The translations under genes were made by a program, and so were the position numbers. The notes beneath the pieces were generated by a model. It worked only from the letters and a program-made list of their open reading frames with translations. It did not search any database and was not told the DNA's origin. 64,000 bases of DNA. Source: Solirubrobacterales bacterium. Its GTDB lineage: Bacteria; Actinomycetota; Thermoleophilia; Solirubrobacterales; 70-9. This document shows positions 59,982 through 64,000 of the stretch, piece by piece (the stretch's first letter is position 1; each line of letters opens with the position of its first letter). Location: positions 12,279 to 76,278 of the forward strand of contig DATDCK010000053.1 in NCBI GenBank assembly GCA_036524375.1, given 5' to 3'.

Positions 59982-62788
59982 ATCGGATCGCGGACGGCAC
60001 GAGGCTTCTGTTCACCGGGCTCGCGCTCGCCTTCGCGCTCCTGATCTCGCTGCTCGCCGCCGACACCGGTCAGGCGAAAGCGCCGGTCGAAGAATATGGG
60101 CTCTACCCATCCACAACCCAGGCCGGCGGGCACCCGGATGTGAAAATCAAATTCAAAGTCGGCAACCGACGGTCCCAGGGCTTTCCGGATCCGTGTTTCT
60201 GCAACGACCCGAAAGACATCATCGTCAACCTGCCGCAAGGGTTCATCGGCAACCCTCACGTGACGCCGCAGTGCACCGCCGAACAGTTCGCTCTCGGGAA
60301 ATGTCCGATCGATTCCCAGGTGGGGATGATCGCCGTCCTCATCTACGACCGCCCCGGCGAGAATAACGGCGGGTTCCTGGTCCAACCGATCTTCAACATG
60401 GAGCCGCCGCCGGGCACACCGGGCCTCCTGGCATTCGCACCGTCTCTCGGTCCCGCTCAGTACATCTATTTGAAAGCGCGCACCGGCGGCGACTTCGGTC
60501 TGACCGCGACGGTGACGGGCCTGCAGCGGGTCGCCCCGGTGCTGGAAATCCTCCAGTACATGTGGGGAGTCCCCGCCGATCCCGTCCACGACCTATACCG
60601 CGGCTACTACGACATCTGCCAGGCCGGAGAGGTCGAGTCCTTCTTCGACGCAAACGAAATGCCGGTCGGGTCATGCGGCAGCGCCTCGAACACGCCGAGG
60701 CCCTCCAGCAGCCCGCTCTTGCCGTTCCTCTCCAACCCGACGGTCTGCAGCGGGCCGCTGCAGGCGACGCTCGAAACCACCTCCTTCGACAAAGGAACGG
60801 ACGAAGGCTCGACTACATATCCGGCGATCACCGGCTGCGGGCAGCTGACCTTCAACCCCAGCCTCAGCGCCAAGCCGACGACGATCGAGACCGACGCGGC
60901 AAGCGGCCTCGACATCGACCTCAGCGTGCCTCAGATCCAGAGCGCCTTCACCCCCTCTCCTTCGCAGATCAAGAAGACGGTCCTCACCCTCCCGGAGGGG
61001 TTCTCGATCAACCCCAACGCGGCCGACGGCAAGACCGTCTGTCGCGACGACGAAGCCAACTTCGGCAGCGAGGGCCCGGCCGAATGCCCCGACTTCTCCA
61101 AGGTGGGCAGTACCGTGATCGACAGCTCGGCACTGCCTGGCCCAATCGGGGGGTACCTCTACCTCGGTGAACCGCTTCCGGGCGATCGCTACCGCCTAAT
61201 CCTCACCGCCGAGGGCTTCGCCACCAACATCAAGCTCTCCGGCTCGATCAAACCCGATCCCGAGACCGGCCGGCTCGTGACCACCTTCGACAACCTGCCC
61301 CAGAGCCCGCTGACCGAGTTCAACCTTCACGTCTTCGGCGCCGAGCGCGGTGTCCTTGCGACCCCTACCCGGTGCGGCACTTACGCGGTCCAGAGCACCT
61401 TCACTCCCTGGAACGATGTACTGCCGGAGCAGAGCGCGACCCAGTTCTTCACCCTCGATTCCGGCCCTGTCGGTTCCGCTTGCCCCGGGGACCCTCGCCC
61501 GCTGGCGCCGACCTTCACTGCCTCTTCAGCCGGCAACACGGGCGGCGCTCATAGCCCGTTCGCGATCGAACTGAGCCGCGAGGACGGCAGCCAAAACCTG
61601 AGCGGCCTCACGGTCAAGACCCCGCCCGGATTCTCGGCCACCCTCAAGGGCGTCTCCTATTGCCCGGAGACTGCCCTCGACCGGCTCAACGGGCCCGGCT
61701 ACAGCGGAGTCGGGGAGCTCGCCTCCTCGGCCTGCCCGGCGAACAGCCAGATCGGAACCGCGACCGGCGGCGCCGGGGTCGGCAGCCGCCCGCTCTACGT
61801 GCCGGGCAAGGTCTACCTGGCGGGGCCCTACAAAGGCGCGCCGCTCAGCCTCGTCGTCGTGATCCCGGCGGTTTCCGGGCCCTACGACCTCGGCAACGTC
61901 GCGGTCAGGGCCGCGATCTCGGTCGATCCCGAAACGGCGCAGGTAACCGCCATCTCGGACCCGCTACCCCGCATCCTCGAGGGCATCCTGCTGCGGACCC
62001 GCTTCCTGCAGGTCAAGCTCGACCGACCCGGGTTCGCGCTGAACCCGACCAACTGCGACCCCTTCACGGTCGAGGCGATCGTGACCGGAACCGAAGGCTC
62101 GACGGCGACCCGCGGCAGCGACTACCAGGCCGCCAACTGCGCCCGCCTGCCCTTCGCACCGAAGCTCGCCCTCAAGCTCACCGGCTCCACCAAGCAGGCT
62201 GGCAACCCTGCTCTCACCGCCACTCTCACCGCCAAGCCCGGTGAAGCCAACATTTCCCGCGCCAAGGTCACCTTGCCCCCCACCGAGCTTGTCGACAACG
62301 CCCACATCAGGAACATCTGCACCCGCGTCCAGTTCAACGAAGGCAACACCCCCGGCGAGAAATGTCCGCCCGGCACGATCCTCGGCTTCGCCAAGGCCAA
62401 TACCTCGCTTCTCGACAAGCCCCTCGAAGGGCCCATATACCTCCGCTCCACCGGTCGCGCCGGCCTCCCCGACGTCGTCGCCGCCCTCAACGGCCAGATC
62501 GACATTGTCCTCGTAGGCCACATCGATTCAGTCCAACGCCGCCTCCGTACCACCTTTGAATCCGTTCCCGACGCCCCCGTCACCAAGGTCGTCCTCAAAT
62601 TCTACGGCGGCGAGAGAGGCCTCATCGAAAACTCCCCCCGGCTATGCGCCCACGCTCAGCACTTCACCGCTGCCATCACAGGCCAGAACGGAAAGACGCT
62701 TAATCGACGCCCTGTCTTAAGCACTCCCTGTGGGAAGAAACAGAAACACAAGGCTCGAGCCCACCACGAGCGGGGGAGTAGACGATGA
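59978..62788 (+). CDS. large secreted/anchored protein of unknown function (936 aa), internally repeated, Cys-pair rich
   Basis: The GTG at 59978-59980 overlaps the upstream TGA (GTGA). N-terminal hydrophobic segment LLFTGLALAFALLISLLAA. Recurrent LPxGFxxNP...C...CPxxSxVG...GPIYL... blocks. Basic tail CGKKQKHKARAHHERGSRR. Confidence 0.8.
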   Translation: MNRIADGTRLLFTGLALAFALLISLLAADTGQAKAPVEEYGLYPSTTQAGGHPDVKIKFKVGNRRSQGFPDPCFCNDPKDIIVNLPQGFIGNPHVTPQCTAEQFALGKCPIDSQVGMIAVLIYDRPGENNGGFLVQPIFNMEPPPGTPGLLAFAPSLGPAQYIYLKARTGGDFGLTATVTGLQRVAPVLEILQYMWGVPADPVHDLYRGYYDICQAGEVESFFDANEMPVGSCGSASNTPRPSSSPLLPFLSNPTVCSGPLQATLETTSFDKGTDEGSTTYPAITGCGQLTFNPSLSAKPTTIETDAASGLDIDLSVPQIQSAFTPSPSQIKKTVLTLPEGFSINPNAADGKTVCRDDEANFGSEGPAECPDFSKVGSTVIDSSALPGPIGGYLYLGEPLPGDRYRLILTAEGFATNIKLSGSIKPDPETGRLVTTFDNLPQSPLTEFNLHVFGAERGVLATPTRCGTYAVQSTFTPWNDVLPEQSATQFFTLDSGPVGSACPGDPRPLAPTFTASSAGNTGGAHSPFAIELSREDGSQNLSGLTVKTPPGFSATLKGVSYCPETALDRLNGPGYSGVGELASSACPANSQIGTATGGAGVGSRPLYVPGKVYLAGPYKGAPLSLVVVIPAVSGPYDLGNVAVRAAISVDPETAQVTAISDPLPRILEGILLRTRFLQVKLDRPGFALNPTNCDPFTVEAIVTGTEGSTATRGSDYQAANCARLPFAPKLALKLTGSTKQAGNPALTATLTAKPGEANISRAKVTLPPTELVDNAHIRNICTRVQFNEGNTPGEKCPPGTILGFAKANTSLLDKPLEGPIYLRSTGRAGLPDVVAALNGQIDIVLVGHIDSVQRRLRTTFESVPDAPVTKVVLKFYGGERGLIENSPRLCAHAQHFTAAITGQNGKTLNRRPVLSTPCGKKQKHKARAHHERGSRR

Positions 62789-64000
62789 ATCGCCACATGG
62801 GTTCTCGGTTGAGGGCGGCGACGCTCGCGGCGGTCTGCGCTGCGTTGGCCGCCGCGATCCTCGCTCCTTCTGCCCCCGCGAAGACGATCGCGCCGAAGGT
62901 CTACGACGGCGTCTATCCAGCCGCTAGCTTCGACGGAACGGGATCGGTTGGAGCGCCCAGCCCATTCTTCGGCAATGGCGCCAATCACGTCGCGGTCGAT
63001 GAAGAGACCGGAAACGTCTACGTCGGCAGTCCCTCCGCCAGCCGTCTCTACAAGTTCGACGCGTCGGGCAATCCACTGCCCTTCACCGAGGTCGCCCCGA
63101 ATACGGCCCTGGAACAGTCATTCGAATCCGGGGAACTCTTCGTCGATAACAGCGGCGGGCCGCACCAGGGGCGGATCTACGCGATTTCCTACGACTTCGA
63201 AAAAGGACAGACGAACGTCGCCGCGTACGAACCAAGCGGCGCTCCGGCGCCGAACTTCCCGTTCCCGCTGTTTACTTCTGCCGGTGAAGTGGCGCCCGAT
63301 GGCAGCCTCTGGCTGGTCAATACCTCGACCGAGAAAGTCGAACAGTTCGATAGCACCACCGCAGCTCCGACCGGGAAATCCATCAATGCGCCGCTCCCCT
63401 TCCGGCTGGCTATCGACTCGCGAAACTACTTCTACGTCAGCTCCTTCCCCAGCGGCCTGATCAAGAAGTACGACGCGGCCGGCCAGTTCCAAGAACTGAT
63501 CGACACCGAAAGCGGGAGCGGGTATGCCGACCTCGCCGTCGACCGATCCAACGACCATTTCTTCGCTGGCTACGAAAGCCAGTTCTTCGAGTACGACGAG
63601 AACGGCATCTACCTGTCCGCCTTCGGCGGGCCCGAAGGCGCCTACCCGGGTCTCAGCGGGTCGCGTGCGCTGGCCGTCAACGGGGGCAGCGGCAAAATCT
63701 ACGTCAACAACAACACCTTCCCGCCGACGATCGATCGCTTCGCCCCTGCGGGGACGGTAATCGTGCCGGACGCGGCGACCGGCGGGGCCCTGCCGGAAGG
63801 CAACGAGGCGACCCTGAACGCGATCGTCAACCCCGACGGGGTCGACACCACGGACTGCCACTTCGACTGGGGCCCGACCCGTGCCTACGCGGGCCCGGAC
63901 GTCCCTTGCAACGAGGGCGACGTCCTCGGCGGGGATGGCGACACCCCCGTCAGCGCGACCTTGAGTGAACTCTCCAAGGGCACCACCTACCACTACCGAA
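62785..64000 (+). CDS. 3'-truncated secreted beta-propeller (NHL-like) / FN3-like protein
   Basis: The ATG at 62785-62787 overlaps the upstream TGA (ATGA). Signal peptide ...AILAPSAPA|K. The frame is open to the window end; I translated all 405 codons and found no stop. Motifs GNVYVGSPSASRLYKFDASGNPL and ATLNAIVNPDGVDTTDCHFDWGPTRAY...LSKGTTYHY. Confidence 0.8.
   Translation, partial: MNRHMGSRLRAATLAAVCAALAAAILAPSAPAKTIAPKVYDGVYPAASFDGTGSVGAPSPFFGNGANHVAVDEETGNVYVGSPSASRLYKFDASGNPLPFTEVAPNTALEQSFESGELFVDNSGGPHQGRIYAISYDFEKGQTNVAAYEPSGAPAPNFPFPLFTSAGEVAPDGSLWLVNTSTEKVEQFDSTTAAPTGKSINAPLPFRLAIDSRNYFYVSSFPSGLIKKYDAAGQFQELIDTESGSGYADLAVDRSNDHFFAGYESQFFEYDENGIYLSAFGGPEGAYPGLSGSRALAVNGGSGKIYVNNNTFPPTIDRFAPAGTVIVPDAATGGALPEGNEATLNAIVNPDGVDTTDCHFDWGPTRAYAGPDVPCNEGDVLGGDGDTPVSATLSELSKGTTYHYR

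Noticed and set aside
59824-60066. 80-aa minus-strand ORF rich in Ser/Cys/Pro.
   Set aside because: It is the antisense reading of the AAG-repeat (poly-Lys) tract of the 1555-aa gene and is a low-complexity artefact.

Overview
High-GC (about 70%) chromosomal segment. The gene content points to an actinobacterium: ino1 plus a PIP-synthase gene, hspR-dnaK, an F420/LLM-type oxidoreductase, and apparently leaderless genes. A Thermoleophilia/Solirubrobacterales-like lineage is a weak inference from protein style only. All calls rest on reading the supplied ORF translations and the DNA by eye; no database search was run.

From about 1.8 to 53 kb the window is housekeeping. It holds a fragmented de novo purine supra-operon on the minus strand: purC-purS-purQ-purL, then purF, then purN-purH, plus purD-purE and purB. 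purM and purK are not in the window. It also holds a CUT1-type sugar ABC importer, clpB, an ABC-2 exporter with a divergent MarR gene, and the dnaK-grpE-dnaJ-hspR operon. Further genes are nth, an inositol-phospholipid cluster (Aur1/PAP2_3-like, CDP-alcohol phosphatidyltransferase, ino1, and a truncated-GT4::PHP fusion), a UDG-like gene, argF, lgt, prmC and lysS. Many adjacent genes are joined by 1-4 nt start/stop overlaps (ATGA, GTGA, TGATG).

Four places do not look ordinary:
- Three tandem, translationally coupled paralogs of a roughly 308-aa secreted protein with a thrombospondin-type-3-like Ca-binding motif. They sit with the sugar transporter between purF and purL.
- A tRNA-Glu(UUC)-like gene carrying a 22-nt D-loop insertion flanked by a 5-nt direct repeat.
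- Immediately after that tRNA, an accessory locus. It has a single-chain double-TetR regulator, a roughly 700-nt AT-richer leader rich in CTAG motifs, and an operon of three very large secreted beta-propeller/FN3-like proteins (1555 aa, 936 aa, and more than 405 aa) joined by GTGA/ATGA overlaps. I recognise no catalytic domain in them.
- A 260-nt structured intergenic region between purB and a glutaredoxin-like gene.

I saw no CRISPR array, transposase, integrase or rRNA. I cannot show that any of these loci is a genuinely new system. The accessory operon is the best candidate.
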